A stretch of DNA of 50,912 nt, taken from NCBI GenBank assembly GCA_038867615.1, contig JAWBYA010000008.1, positions 1-50,912 on the forward strand, read 5' to 3'. Within the stretch, counting starts at the first letter, position 1. Each line of letters starts with the position of its first letter. Both the position numbers and the translations under genes were made by a program. Of the stretch, positions 39,666 through 49,621 are shown piece by piece. The notes beneath the pieces were generated by a model that did no database searches, had not been told where the DNA came from, and saw only the letters and a program-made list of their open reading frames with translations. Source of the stretch: Sulfolobales archaeon. GTDB taxonomy: Archaea; Thermoproteota; Thermoprotei_A; Sulfolobales; AG1.

Positions 39666-40726
39666 GATACGATGTAGCAGTTCTAGGAGCTACTGGGATG
39701 GTTGGGCAGAGGTATGTTAAGATCCTGAGCAGACACCCGTGGTTCAATCTGGTAGCCCTTAGCGCGTCGCCCCAGAGGGCTGGCGCTAGGTATGGTGACG
39801 TTGTATCATGGGTGATCGGTGGTACCATTCCAGAGGAGGCTGCCGAGATAAGACTCTCGAGACCAGAGCCCTCAGAGTTTAAGGATATCGATATAGTGTT
39901 CTCGGCACTGCCCACAGACATTTCCAGAGAGATCGAGCCAAAGTTCGTCTCAGCAGGGTTAACGGTCTTCTCCGATTCAAGCCCTATGAGGCTTGATCCC
40001 AGAGTCCCTCTGGTGATCCCAGAGATCAATGCTAACCATTTGAGCATAACAGCGTTCCAGAAAAGCGTCCTAGGGGGTGTTCTTGTAAAAACCCCCAATT
40101 GCACTTCGAATGTCCTCTCACTAGCAATAAAACCCCTGATAGATCTCCTGGGAATCCCCGAGCATATAGACGCAGTCTCGCTCCAAGCAATATCAGGTGC
40201 TGGGTATTCCGGCTTACCATCGATGGCTATTCAGGATAACGTTATACCGTATATAAAGAATGAGGAGGAAAAGATGCTTGAAGAGCCGAGGAAGATCTAT
40301 GGGAGGATATCTAACATGACGATCGAGCCAAACGAATCCCTATATATAGATGCAACAACCACCAGGGTACCTGTGTTAGATGGACATACAGTTGTGGTCC
40401 ATGCCCACTATGGCTGGCCTGTTGATATTAACGAGGTATTGAAGGCATATGAGAACTTTAGATCCTGCCCACAAGAGCTGAGATTACCTACAGCGCCTGA
40501 GAAGCCATTGATACTCCACAAGGCTGTGGATAGACCTCAACCAAGACTAGATCGGGATCTTGGGAACGGGATGTCGGTATCTATAGGAAGAATAAGAATA
40601 GCCACCAAGCGCGGGGGCAGTGTTGTTAAACTGGTCGCACTTGGGCATAACACTATAAGGGGTGCTGCTGGGAACACGGTACTCAATGCCGAGACCTATA
40701 TCTCTTTAGGACTTTCTAAGAGGTAG
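39662..40726 (+). CDS. asd: Aspartate-semialdehyde dehydrogenase
   Basis: LGATGMVGQ, PNCT, QAISGAG, RVPVLDGH, HNTIRGAAG. Confidence 0.95.
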   Translation: MRYDVAVLGATGMVGQRYVKILSRHPWFNLVALSASPQRAGARYGDVVSWVIGGTIPEEAAEIRLSRPEPSEFKDIDIVFSALPTDISREIEPKFVSAGLTVFSDSSPMRLDPRVPLVIPEINANHLSITAFQKSVLGGVLVKTPNCTSNVLSLAIKPLIDLLGIPEHIDAVSLQAISGAGYSGLPSMAIQDNVIPYIKNEEEKMLEEPRKIYGRISNMTIEPNESLYIDATTTRVPVLDGHTVVVHAHYGWPVDINEVLKAYENFRSCPQELRLPTAPEKPLILHKAVDRPQPRLDRDLGNGMSVSIGRIRIATKRGGSVVKLVALGHNTIRGAAGNTVLNAETYISLGLSKR

Positions 40727-40944
40727 CTTTTCCCGGCTATCTGTCAAGATGTTAGTTGGTTTTCTTTTGATGTTATTAAGATGTTATTAACTGGTGGTTT
40801 TACCCAGCCTATAGTGATAAGGGATTTTTCTCGATATTAAAGAACCAACCACAGGCTTATGGATCTTTTAAAAATGGATTGTAGCTATACCCTCAATAGG
40901 ATGGTTTATTAATAGGGCCTTGAATAATGTGAAATGGGACAAGG

Positions 40945-42390
40945 TTGATAGAGTCTATTGCTGTGATCTCGATGGTGGCATCGATCTTTATCCAGGCTCT
41001 GCATGTATTCTACGCAGCTGGTTATGGCAGGTACGCTCGAAAGATTTTCAGCAATTCCACGAACACCCTCAGTATAAGCGATCCTTATATCTCCATAGCT
41101 ATTCCTATAAAGAACGAGGATCCAGAGATACTTGAGAGGACGCTCATGGCATGCGCCTTAATAGAGTGGGATAAAAAGAAGCTAGAAGTACTTGTAATAT
41201 CAGACGATCCGGAGAGCGCTAGGCCAGGGATCCAGAGGGTGGTTGATAGAGTATCGTCCCTCACAGGCTTGGATGTGAGGGTGATCTATAGGGATTCCCC
41301 AATTGATGGAAGAATCGGTGCCCTTAACTTGGCATCAAAGGTTGCTAGGGGCGATGCGATCCTTTTTCTCGATGTTGATACAAAACCATCACCAGGGCTT
41401 GTAAGAAGGGCTGTAGAGCTTATTAACAGCGGCTGTGATGCTGTGGTTTTTAGGTGGAAAGGATATTATTACTACAACACTAGACTAGCCAAGGCTCTCT
41501 CAACAGCTATGGAGTTTATAGTGGGATCCCTGTATAGGGGGCGAGCCGGTCATGGTTTTCGCATAATTCCACTGGGTAGTGGCACTATGTATAGGAAAGA
41601 GGTCATAGCTAGAGCTGGTTATTGGGATAATAATATTATTCAGGATGATTATTGGATGGGTATAAAGCTCTCACGAGTCGGGGCTAACGTTTGCTACTGT
41701 GACGACGAGTATGTAGAAGTCTTGGTGACATCCACATATAGGGCTTTTAAGATCCAGCAGATGAGGTGGAGCTTTGGAGCCGTTCAGGCTGTGAGGAGGG
41801 GGCTTGCCCATATAGTGCGATCCAGTATATCTTTTGCACAGAAGGTGGAGCTAGCACTCTATGGGCTTCAGTACACACCAACAATAGCTATAGCTTTTTC
41901 CATATATTCATATCCAATCCTCTTAACCCTCCATAGTGGGAGGGATCCCCTATTAGGGGTGCTACTCATATTCTTACTATGGATCGCTGTATCTATGGCT
42001 TATATAGCAGTATATATAGCCATGATCTCTAAGAGGCAGGGGTTATCTGTGATAGAGGCTCTCAAGCGGTTGGGAGCTTCTTCTGCTGTTACAGCTTCTC
42101 TGGCGCCTCACATAGCTATCAACCAGTTAGGGGCTCTAGTGATCGATAGATATCTATACCCAATAACCCCTAAAGGTGCTAGAGAATTGACGACAAGCGG
42201 TATTACAAGGTCGGAGGCGCCCGAGATCCTTGCTATATTGGTGTTACTGCTGGGCGTCGCTATATCTATTCTCAGAGGGTATGTGTTATCACTGCTATGG
42301 CTCTCAATATTGCTATTGCCATTCATATATACCGTGGCGCTTATTATCTATAACAACACTATCTATGATCGAAAGCCTCAAAAGCTCTAG
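40945..42390 (+). CDS. Membrane-bound processive glycosyltransferase family 2 (cellulose-synthase-like)
   Basis: ISDD, FLDVD, QDD, QQMRW (D,D,D,QxxRW), ITPK, multiple TM helices. Confidence 0.88.
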   Translation: MIESIAVISMVASIFIQALHVFYAAGYGRYARKIFSNSTNTLSISDPYISIAIPIKNEDPEILERTLMACALIEWDKKKLEVLVISDDPESARPGIQRVVDRVSSLTGLDVRVIYRDSPIDGRIGALNLASKVARGDAILFLDVDTKPSPGLVRRAVELINSGCDAVVFRWKGYYYYNTRLAKALSTAMEFIVGSLYRGRAGHGFRIIPLGSGTMYRKEVIARAGYWDNNIIQDDYWMGIKLSRVGANVCYCDDEYVEVLVTSTYRAFKIQQMRWSFGAVQAVRRGLAHIVRSSISFAQKVELALYGLQYTPTIAIAFSIYSYPILLTLHSGRDPLLGVLLIFLLWIAVSMAYIAVYIAMISKRQGLSVIEALKRLGASSAVTASLAPHIAINQLGALVIDRYLYPITPKGARELTTSGITRSEAPEILAILVLLLGVAISILRGYVLSLLWLSILLLPFIYTVALIIYNNTIYDRKPQKL

Positions 42391-42417
42391 AGCGGATAAC
42401 TATTTGGTGATTATCTA

Positions 42418-43221
42418 ATAAGCAGGGATTTTGATATAGACAGGCTTGTTGACAAGATCTCGAGAAGAGATAGAGAGGAAAGGATCAAGGACAGCGATCT
42501 TTTCGAGATAGTTGAAGAGGTGTTCGATAGATCCACGGTTATGAGTGTAATTGAGCTAAGCTCCAGAGGATGTCTGAAATCATTAAAGGGCGTTGTATCG
42601 TCAGGCAAGGAGGCGAGGGTCTATTGGGGTAAGGGTAAGGATAACAGGGATCTGGCTGTTAAGATATACCTCACACTAACATCAGAGTTCAGGAGATCCA
42701 TGATAAAATATCTCGCAGGCGACCCTAGGTTTGACGAATATAGAGGCTTGTCACCTAAGAAGCTGATATACATATGGGCTCGAAAAGAATTCTCCAACCT
42801 GAATAGAATGTTCTCGGCAGGGATAAGGGTGCCAGAGCCCCTATGCCTCGAGAAGAATGTCCTTGTTATGGAGTTTATAGGCTATGATGGTAAAAGGGCT
42901 CCTCTGCTTAAGGAGGCTTATGAAATGGGAGAGCTGAGTATAGACGATCTCGAGAAGATCTACTGGCAGGTTATTGAGGCTATTAGAAAAATGGTGAAAG
43001 ACGCAGAACTTGTTCACGGAGATCTTAGTGAGTATAATATAATGATCTTTGAGGAGAGCCCGGTAATTATAGATGTTTCACAAGCAGTATCCATAGATCA
43101 TCCAAACTCTAGGGAGTTCCTTAAACAAGACATATATAATATAACGAGGTTTTTCTCCAAAGCAGGGGTAGATGTTGAGGAGCCTAGCACAATATTATCG
43201 GAGCTCATTGAAATCAATTAG
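42418..43221 (+). CDS. rio1: RIO1 family Ser kinase/ATPase; apparent ATA (or CTA 42415) start
   Basis: RIKDSDLFEIVEEVFD upstream of track start; SSGKEARVY, AVKIY, HGDLSEYN, IIDVSQ. Confidence 0.92.
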   Translation: MSRDFDIDRLVDKISRRDREERIKDSDLFEIVEEVFDRSTVMSVIELSSRGCLKSLKGVVSSGKEARVYWGKGKDNRDLAVKIYLTLTSEFRRSMIKYLAGDPRFDEYRGLSPKKLIYIWARKEFSNLNRMFSAGIRVPEPLCLEKNVLVMEFIGYDGKRAPLLKEAYEMGELSIDDLEKIYWQVIEAIRKMVKDAELVHGDLSEYNIMIFEESPVIIDVSQAVSIDHPNSREFLKQDIYNITRFFSKAGVDVEEPSTILSELIEIN

Positions 43222-43360
43222 ATCTAGGTTTTCGAGCTACATAGCCTGTGTATCTTTATACGATTCACCTTCAATAGAATGAGTAGCGGTATAGACATAG
43301 TCATAGGAGGCTTCTTTACAACACTTTTAAGCGTTTTAAATATGAATTACCAGGGTGGTT

Positions 43361-43780
43361 ATGGCTAGCAATATAGATCCTGATGTGAGGAGTGTTATCG
43401 AGCAAATGGCTAAGGATATATATGAGAGAACTGCTAGAGAAAGAGAGGCTAAGCCTGTTGAGATTAAGAGTAAGAAGGAGCTCGAGGATCTAATATCTAA
43501 GGGGTTATCTGTTGTTGTGTTCTATAACCCCAACTGCCCTGCATGTAAGAGATATCTACCCGTCTACGAGGAGTTTGTTAAAAAGAAGTCATCCAGCTAT
43601 AGAGGTATTAGATTTGCAAGAATAAGCACCAAGGATGTCCAGGGGGTCTCTAGCGACTATGTTATAATAGCTGTTCCAACCACCATAGCGTTCAAGGATG
43701 GTAAGGAGATCAAGAGAGCAGAAGGATACATGGATGAGAAGGAGATAGAGGATTTTGTAAAAAGCCTCCCAGTAATATAG
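43361..43780 (+). CDS. Thioredoxin-family protein
   Basis: FYNPNCPACK, AVPTTIAFKDG. Confidence 0.85.
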   Translation: MASNIDPDVRSVIEQMAKDIYERTAREREAKPVEIKSKKELEDLISKGLSVVVFYNPNCPACKRYLPVYEEFVKKKSSSYRGIRFARISTKDVQGVSSDYVIIAVPTTIAFKDGKEIKRAEGYMDEKEIEDFVKSLPVI

Positions 43781-43844
43781 CCAATAACAATGGCCTCTAT
43801 CGATAAACCCTACTGGGCTGGTTATTATTAGATAAGGCTTTGTA

Positions 43845-44420
43845 TTAACCTACTTTACGTGTGGCGGTTCGATCTTCGCCTTTGTTCCTTTTCAATGTGT
43901 CGAGGCATATCTCTTTAGCCATGCCTGACGGATCTCTTCTAAAAACCCTGATCACAGATAGCTTTCTTGAATCGGCATAGGGCGATAATGCTCTCTCAAA
44001 CACATCGCTATCCATCCCAAATCCCGTGAGAACATAAACCGGGATCGAGTTAGCGTATGCCATGAGAATCTCTATTTCCGTCCCAACACCCCCTCCCAGC
44101 GATGCTAAGACGTCTCCTGAGAGAACAAGGGTCTCGGACCTCTGTCTCATGGAGAGCCCTGTATATACGGGGTAGAAGCACTCCTTCCTAGGAGGATCTT
44201 CCCTCGGGTTCTCTGGGAGTATGAAGACACACGGTATTCCAAGGCTGCAGGAGTATTCCGCGATATGTTTCATCAGACCCCAATAGCCGCCGAGATAGAT
44301 TATAAAGCTACCCAGACATTCTTTTAGAGAATCTATAAAGATCTTCGAGGCTTTTATAACCTCTTCCGACGGTTCATTGCTACTGGCAGCTATCGAGATC
44401 CTTATCACCAATCTATACAA
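43845..44420 (-). CDS. LOG/SLOG family protein
   Basis: GGYWGLM, TGL, RSETLV, LGGGVGTEIEI. Confidence 0.8.
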   Translation of the reverse strand: MYRLVIRISIAASSNEPSEEVIKASKIFIDSLKECLGSFIIYLGGYWGLMKHIAEYSCSLGIPCVFILPENPREDPPRKECFYPVYTGLSMRQRSETLVLSGDVLASLGGGVGTEIEILMAYANSIPVYVLTGFGMDSDVFERALSPYADSRKLSVIRVFRRDPSGMAKEICLDTLKRNKGEDRTATRKVG

Positions 44421-44616
44421 CCCTCTTGATTATATGGCCGGGCTGGATAATATTTTAAGCCCTCTAGCCCGTGTAATCCTGTGAATGATTTGCTGATCGG
44501 CTACATTGGTATTCTCAGTAACAAAAGCTAGAAACAACCGTGCCACATATAAATCCCCAGATTACTCATAGGGTTGGTTGGATTAGCTTTAATAATAATG
44601 CCTAACTGTATAGATT

Positions 44617-44859
44617 GTGATAGGGATAACAGTGGGGGATACTAGTATCTGGTTGAGGGCTATAATAGTTGGCATCGTAACCATGCTTATTGGCTTAGTG
44701 TTGTCTATCATATCGTTTCTAGCCGAGTCTTCAGATATAGTTAGAGCTGTGGTCTCGATCATCGGTTTAGGAGTAACTCTAGCGGGTATGTATCTAGCTA
44801 TAAAGGGGCTCATAGGCTATATAGCTGTAAAAGCGTCTTTAAGGAAAAAAGATCGTTAG
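44617..44859 (+). CDS. Small two-TM hypothetical membrane protein (start may be GTG 44632)
   Basis: Two hydrophobic helices and basic tail RKKDR. Confidence 0.55.
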   Translation: MIGITVGDTSIWLRAIIVGIVTMLIGLVLSIISFLAESSDIVRAVVSIIGLGVTLAGMYLAIKGLIGYIAVKASLRKKDR

Positions 44860-44876
44860 ATCAAGGTAGACAAGGA

Positions 44877-45608
44877 TCAAGGGCATGCAACGTAGAAGGT
44901 AACACTAGCTACGTTCGACGTTAGCCTCAGTGCTGCTAGATCCCTCTCATCAATCACACCATCACCGTTAGCATCAGGCACAGCGTCTGGCGCGTTGTTA
45001 CCACTAACCATGGCGGCAAGCGCCTTGGTCCATCCGCACCATGTAGGTGCACCAACTATCCAGACGGTCTGTATGAATCTATATACAGTCTTTCCACCAA
45101 GATCGAGTCTATCCTGGAAACCGGTGAACTGGAATAGATTGGCAAGATTCCTTCCAGGCCCGCCAAGAGCTGCGGGTGTGTTATTAAATATAACTACGAG
45201 CCCTGGGAGAGCCTCATTTCTACCCGGGCTAAAGACTGGCGGCCCAGCACCTATAGATACACCGTCAACAGGCCCTCTGGCTGTATAGTTGGCGGTGAAG
45301 GCTACAAGGGTTGTTGCATTGATCCTCACGGTTGGGTTTATAGATACCTCTGGGTAGGCGATAACACCCGGATCTGATGTTATCACATTTATCACTACTA
45401 AGTAGAACCGGCCTCCAACACCAACAGAGGATCTAGGTAGAGGTGAATAGAACTGCACGATCGTTGATGCTTCAGGACTCTGAGCCTTGAGGATCTGGGT
45501 TAATGCAAACGATGCCGATGCCAGGGCTATTAATAGCACTACACTCAAAGCCACTACCCTAAGCTTTTTTGACATCAATTTATATACCTCAGATATAATA
45601 AACAACAA
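44877..45608 (-). CDS. Secreted protein with a dockerin/EF-hand-like Ca-binding loop
   Basis: Signal peptide MSKKLRVVALSVVLLIALASASFA; DANGDGVIDERD. Confidence 0.7.
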   Translation of the reverse strand: MLFIISEVYKLMSKKLRVVALSVVLLIALASASFALTQILKAQSPEASTIVQFYSPLPRSSVGVGGRFYLVVINVITSDPGVIAYPEVSINPTVRINATTLVAFTANYTARGPVDGVSIGAGPPVFSPGRNEALPGLVVIFNNTPAALGGPGRNLANLFQFTGFQDRLDLGGKTVYRFIQTVWIVGAPTWCGWTKALAAMVSGNNAPDAVPDANGDGVIDERDLAALRLTSNVASVTFYVACP

Positions 45609-46026
45609 TTCTTATAAGCACAAATAATATGGTACATATGATAATGATCCGCAAAAGCTCTAGCTCACAGCTATCTTTCTCTATCGATGAGAAAAACAAC
45701 TATTCCGGGTTCTTTCTATAAGCTTGCTCGATAATTTATAGTATACTTACATTGTGGGCTGATATGCTTAGCAATAATATTCCAGAGACTAATGGTTTAT
45801 ATATTATAAATTGAAAGGATCTGATCTATGGGAAAACCGTTATCGCGATTAAACCTTTATTAGACATAAGATAATCTATTCAGATTGCTAAGCCAAATAG
45901 TAAAGGCTTTTATATAAGATCACCTGGATAATCTGAAGCATTACCTTTCATCATGAATAAAAGGCTGGAGTTGATATGAGATCTGTTCGAAGGATAGCTA
46001 CAATCGATCTTATTGATAGATAGTGT

Positions 46027-46101
46027 TGGTGCCGGGGGTGACCCGTCCCGCGCTCATTCCAACCCCGAGGACGCGGGAGTGTTGCGCAGGCCCAGGGTCC
46101 C
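46027..46101 (-). ncRNA. Candidate structured non-coding RNA, family unassigned
   Basis: 75-nt very GC-rich island in AT-rich spacer; stem TCCCGCG/CGCGGGA; TTTAAATA box ~21-29 nt upstream; ends GGCACCA. Confidence 0.55.
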
Positions 46102-46132
46102 ATTTTATATATGTGCGGTGCTATTTAAATAT

Positions 46133-46870
46133 CTATGCACCCATTTTAGCAACCTTATAGAGCAATTCCCAGATGCTTGGTGCGAGTTTATCTAGATTCT
46201 TCCATCCATCTTCTGTAGGCTGCACTATATATACGATCTCCCCGTTTCTATTGAATATGTAGAAGCCTACTGAGTGGGTTATTAGTCCAGTATTTGGGTC
46301 TCTTGCAACAAAGACTCTGAAGTTCTCCCATATCTTTGTCATGTTATCAACGTTCTCGAGAACCCATATCCAGTCTACTTTGTTGAGAAGCTCTCTAGCC
46401 CTGCTCTTTTGATAAGCCGTTACATCCTCGAACGTGGTTCTCCAAGGATCAACATCGAGTGTTATAAACACTATGTCTTCTGAGAGTCCGTGGGATGCTG
46501 TCTTGTTCATGAGATAGACAAAGACGTATGTCTCCCAATGGCATATATCTGGGCATCTTATATACTGGAACGTCATAACCGAGATCTTGCCAGGTAGTGG
46601 TACCGTTACACCACCGGCGGTGGAATTAACAGCCATGGTTTTTATAGAGAAGTCGGGCTTTAGTACATAGGCTAGATTGATCCCCCCGTATGTTATTATC
46701 AGCGTATTGGGTGATATTGTTGATGTGCTATAGCCAGTCTCGCTAGAACTTATGGGGCCTCCCAGCCTTAGAGGGAACCCTGTTATTAATGATGATGCTA
46801 GGAGTGATATTATTACCACGAGGATTACTCCAACGTATATATAGAGATGCTTCATATGTAGCCCTACCAT
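46133..46870 (-). CDS. SCO1/SenC family copper chaperone
   Basis: TM anchor, FQYIRCPDIC (CxxxC), LDVDP, ITHSVGFY. Confidence 0.85.
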   Translation of the reverse strand: MVGLHMKHLYIYVGVILVVIISLLASSLITGFPLRLGGPISSSETGYSTSTISPNTLIITYGGINLAYVLKPDFSIKTMAVNSTAGGVTVPLPGKISVMTFQYIRCPDICHWETYVFVYLMNKTASHGLSEDIVFITLDVDPWRTTFEDVTAYQKSRARELLNKVDWIWVLENVDNMTKIWENFRVFVARDPNTGLITHSVGFYIFNRNGEIVYIVQPTEDGWKNLDKLAPSIWELLYKVAKMGA

Positions 46871-46909
46871 GATAGCCCTGGGAGAAATATAAGGCCACGT
46901 GTAGGTGTG

Positions 46910-46933
46910 TATACATCCCTATATAGATGTATA
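46910..46933. promoter_or_regulatory. Perfect inverted repeat, candidate operator between divergent SCO and Trx-CcdA genes
   Basis: TATACATC-N8-GATGTATA. Confidence 0.5.
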
Positions 46934-46989
46934 TAGTAGCATATTAGTAGTTAAATACCACTACTGATTAATAATAGAGGAAGGAGACA

Positions 46990-48159
46990 ATGTCGGCTAT
47001 CAGGATTAAAACGCCCAGACGACATAGGCTTAGCTTTACAAACATGCTTATCGTATCACTAGCAGTATGGGCGATCCTAGTAGCAGTAGTTATATATATA
47101 GATAAACCAGGATCGACGGTTGCCACAGCACCCCAGCAACAGGCAGGAACTCCTAGCAGTACGAATATTACAGCCCGTGTTATAGATATAAGTGACTATA
47201 GAGAGCTCGGTATACTCGATAGTATGTCTGGGTACTATTTACTCTATTTCGAACAGAAAGACTGCCCCGGGTGTAAAGAAGTATCTCCAGCCATAGAGAG
47301 GTATTTTTCGAATAATAACGCCGGGGTCGCTTTAGTGCGGATACATATAGACGATATATTTAACTCGAATCAGGATGCAGCATTCAAGCTCATATCAAGA
47401 TACAATGTTCTTGGTACACCAACCCTTATACTGTTCCACAACGGCGCCGAGGTTTCGAGGCAGATAGGTGTTTTTAGAGGTGATCAATACGAGGGTTTAA
47501 AGAAATTTATAGAAGATGGCCTGAGTTCAAGGAGCAGTACTGGGGGCACTATCCTCTCACCACTACTCCCACTGAGCCTTGGATTCTTGGCAGCAATATC
47601 CCCATGCTCTCTACCAATGCTTGCGCTGTTCATGGTAGTGTCAAGGAACCCTGGGAGGAGTATTATCAATATTGTGAAGACCCTTGTATCTATGATCGTG
47701 GTTCTTGTACCCATATCGCTAGGCCTTGGGCTCTTATTCACTTCTGGAAGGCTTCTTGGGGTAAGCCTCTATTACTCACTTATAACATACATAGGGGTTG
47801 TGACGCTGCTTTGGGGCGCTCTAACGTTTATTGATAGAGAACCCATGATCAGCGCCGGTGGGAGGGTCTCACTACTACTCCCAATCCTTGGCATGCAATG
47901 CTCGTTCCCATTCCTCCTAGCACTGCTATCAATGATCCCCAAGAACCCCGTTGATGCATTCATACAGGCATTGGTATTCTCGATAGGCTATTCATCCCCA
48001 TATATAGTGGCAAGTATGTCTTCAGGAAAGGCCTCAAGAACCATTAGAGCCTTATCTACAGGAAAGAGCGCTAAGATCTTTAAATACCTGCAGGGCGTTA
48101 TCCTGGTCTCTATAGGAGCATATGTGATTATAAACGGGCTTCCTTACATAGTTGGCTAG
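46990..48159 (+). CDS. Thioredoxin domain fused to CcdA/DsbD-type transmembrane domain
   Basis: TM anchor, CPGC, GTPTL; then AISPCSLP and QCSFP in ~6 TM helices. Confidence 0.82.
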   Translation: MSAIRIKTPRRHRLSFTNMLIVSLAVWAILVAVVIYIDKPGSTVATAPQQQAGTPSSTNITARVIDISDYRELGILDSMSGYYLLYFEQKDCPGCKEVSPAIERYFSNNNAGVALVRIHIDDIFNSNQDAAFKLISRYNVLGTPTLILFHNGAEVSRQIGVFRGDQYEGLKKFIEDGLSSRSSTGGTILSPLLPLSLGFLAAISPCSLPMLALFMVVSRNPGRSIINIVKTLVSMIVVLVPISLGLGLLFTSGRLLGVSLYYSLITYIGVVTLLWGALTFIDREPMISAGGRVSLLLPILGMQCSFPFLLALLSMIPKNPVDAFIQALVFSIGYSSPYIVASMSSGKASRTIRALSTGKSAKIFKYLQGVILVSIGAYVIINGLPYIVG

Positions 48160-48509
48160 CCGGCTAGGGTTTTGATCCGTATAGCATTTGGCAGATATGT
48201 ACATTCCTTAGCTATTAGATTCTGGGCTTTGTTGGCTTTTTAATCTTCTAGATCGATCGCAACGGATCTTTAGATCCTTTGTATCTTGTACCCTCAACAT
48301 ATCTATCCCATTAGCTAGGCTGGCACTACTCATAGATTTGCTTTGAGGTTATAGTGCATTGTTAGGTTTGAAGCAACCGGTTCTCTGTTCCTGGTTTCCA
48401 TAGGAAGCAACGTCTTGTCAGGAATAGTTTGTTAGAGACCTGATAGCCAGGCTATTTTCTAGTATGTATGGTATAGCTATAGATAGATGTTTCTCAGAAC
48501 TACTGTCTG

Positions 48510-49526
48510 TTATGTGTTGATAGCATTTTGCGAGACGAGGTTCTCTAAGATCTCTATGTTTGTTAGAGGACCTTTCGCATGGCTCGCTATGTTTCTCAAG
48601 AGCCCTTTATCTATGTGATATGTGTATTTATACTCGTTGGAGGCTTTCACTATTATGTGTGGTTCGATCCCAACGATTCTTGAGAATAGTTGGGATGCTA
48701 ATTCTATGTTTCTCCCCAGCGTTTCTATGGATTCTCTATGCGCATTTGCAATAAGCTCGATAATATCTGGATGCATATTTCCTCTGGCTATGAGGAGACA
48801 GCAGTGGTAATCACCAATAATGCTTGATAGAGGGGTTCTTCTCAACCCCTCAGCCTCAGCTATAAGCGAGTATGGCTCCCACAAAACCGCCATGGATCTA
48901 TGATCCTTAGATATTGTTTCCACAACATCCCTAGGATCTCTATAATACTTTGTATATGCATGGTCAAGCCCATGGGTTCTCAGATAGGCCATGGCCAATA
49001 CTTCCATGGTTGATAGCATGCTGGTGAAGATCTTATCAACCTCAGGGGCGCGATATCCAACAATTGAAGCGCCTCCCAAGGCAACAGCACCAAGGATCTT
49101 GAACTCGGCTCCAAGCTGTCTCATCACGGCCAGCGTGTATATGGGGATGTATGCTATGTGGAACTCCCCCCTCATAAACCCGATCGCAACGTCGACAACA
49201 CTCCTCCTAAGAGAGGGTTCAATCCTATATCCCCGCTCCCCTAGTTTTTTCACCATGATGGGTAGAGGGAGATATTCTATTGAGGGGACAAGCCCCACCA
49301 CTATAGTTCTCCCGCTAGCCGGGTCAGCGTATTTTGAAAGCTTAACCACCAGTGTTTTCCCAGGGCCTCTTGTTCTCACTATAAGGCCTCTCCTCTCCAT
49401 CGATGATAATATCTCTGAGACCCAGCTTTTCGAGAGACCTAGGGCCTTGTAGATCTCTGCCTGGATAACCCCCTTAGGTCCTGCGCCCTCTAGGATCTCT
49501 ATTATTTTTCTCTCGCTCTCGGCTAT
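48510..49526 (-). CDS. Winged-HTH transcriptional regulator fused to a type-2 solute-binding domain; apparent ATA start
   Basis: 42 in-frame codons upstream of track start give IIEILEGAGPKGVIQAEIYKALGLSKSWVSEILSSMERRGLI; C-terminal VLWEPY, YHCC. Confidence 0.8.
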   Translation of the reverse strand: MAESERKIIEILEGAGPKGVIQAEIYKALGLSKSWVSEILSSMERRGLIVRTRGPGKTLVVKLSKYADPASGRTIVVGLVPSIEYLPLPIMVKKLGERGYRIEPSLRRSVVDVAIGFMRGEFHIAYIPIYTLAVMRQLGAEFKILGAVALGGASIVGYRAPEVDKIFTSMLSTMEVLAMAYLRTHGLDHAYTKYYRDPRDVVETISKDHRSMAVLWEPYSLIAEAEGLRRTPLSSIIGDYHCCLLIARGNMHPDIIELIANAHRESIETLGRNIELASQLFSRIVGIEPHIIVKASNEYKYTYHIDKGLLRNIASHAKGPLTNIEILENLVSQNAINT

Positions 49527-49621
49527 AGAGTCTCCACCAAGATCATATCTATATAGAGATTAATAATTCACCATGTTCTGTGGTTTTTAGCCTCCAATGT
49601 ACTAGTAAACCGGTGGTGTAG

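Noticed and set aside
45880-45955. Minus-strand ATGATGA...CAGA...CTGA as C/D sRNA
   Set aside because: Box spacing too long, no clear C' box, AT-rich guides
46013-46195. 60-aa ORF, 5S rRNA, tRNA or HDV-like ribozyme at the GC island
   Set aside because: ORF lacks support; too short for 5S and lacks its motifs; no cloverleaf; UCCUCG is present but the flanking P3/P1 pairings fail
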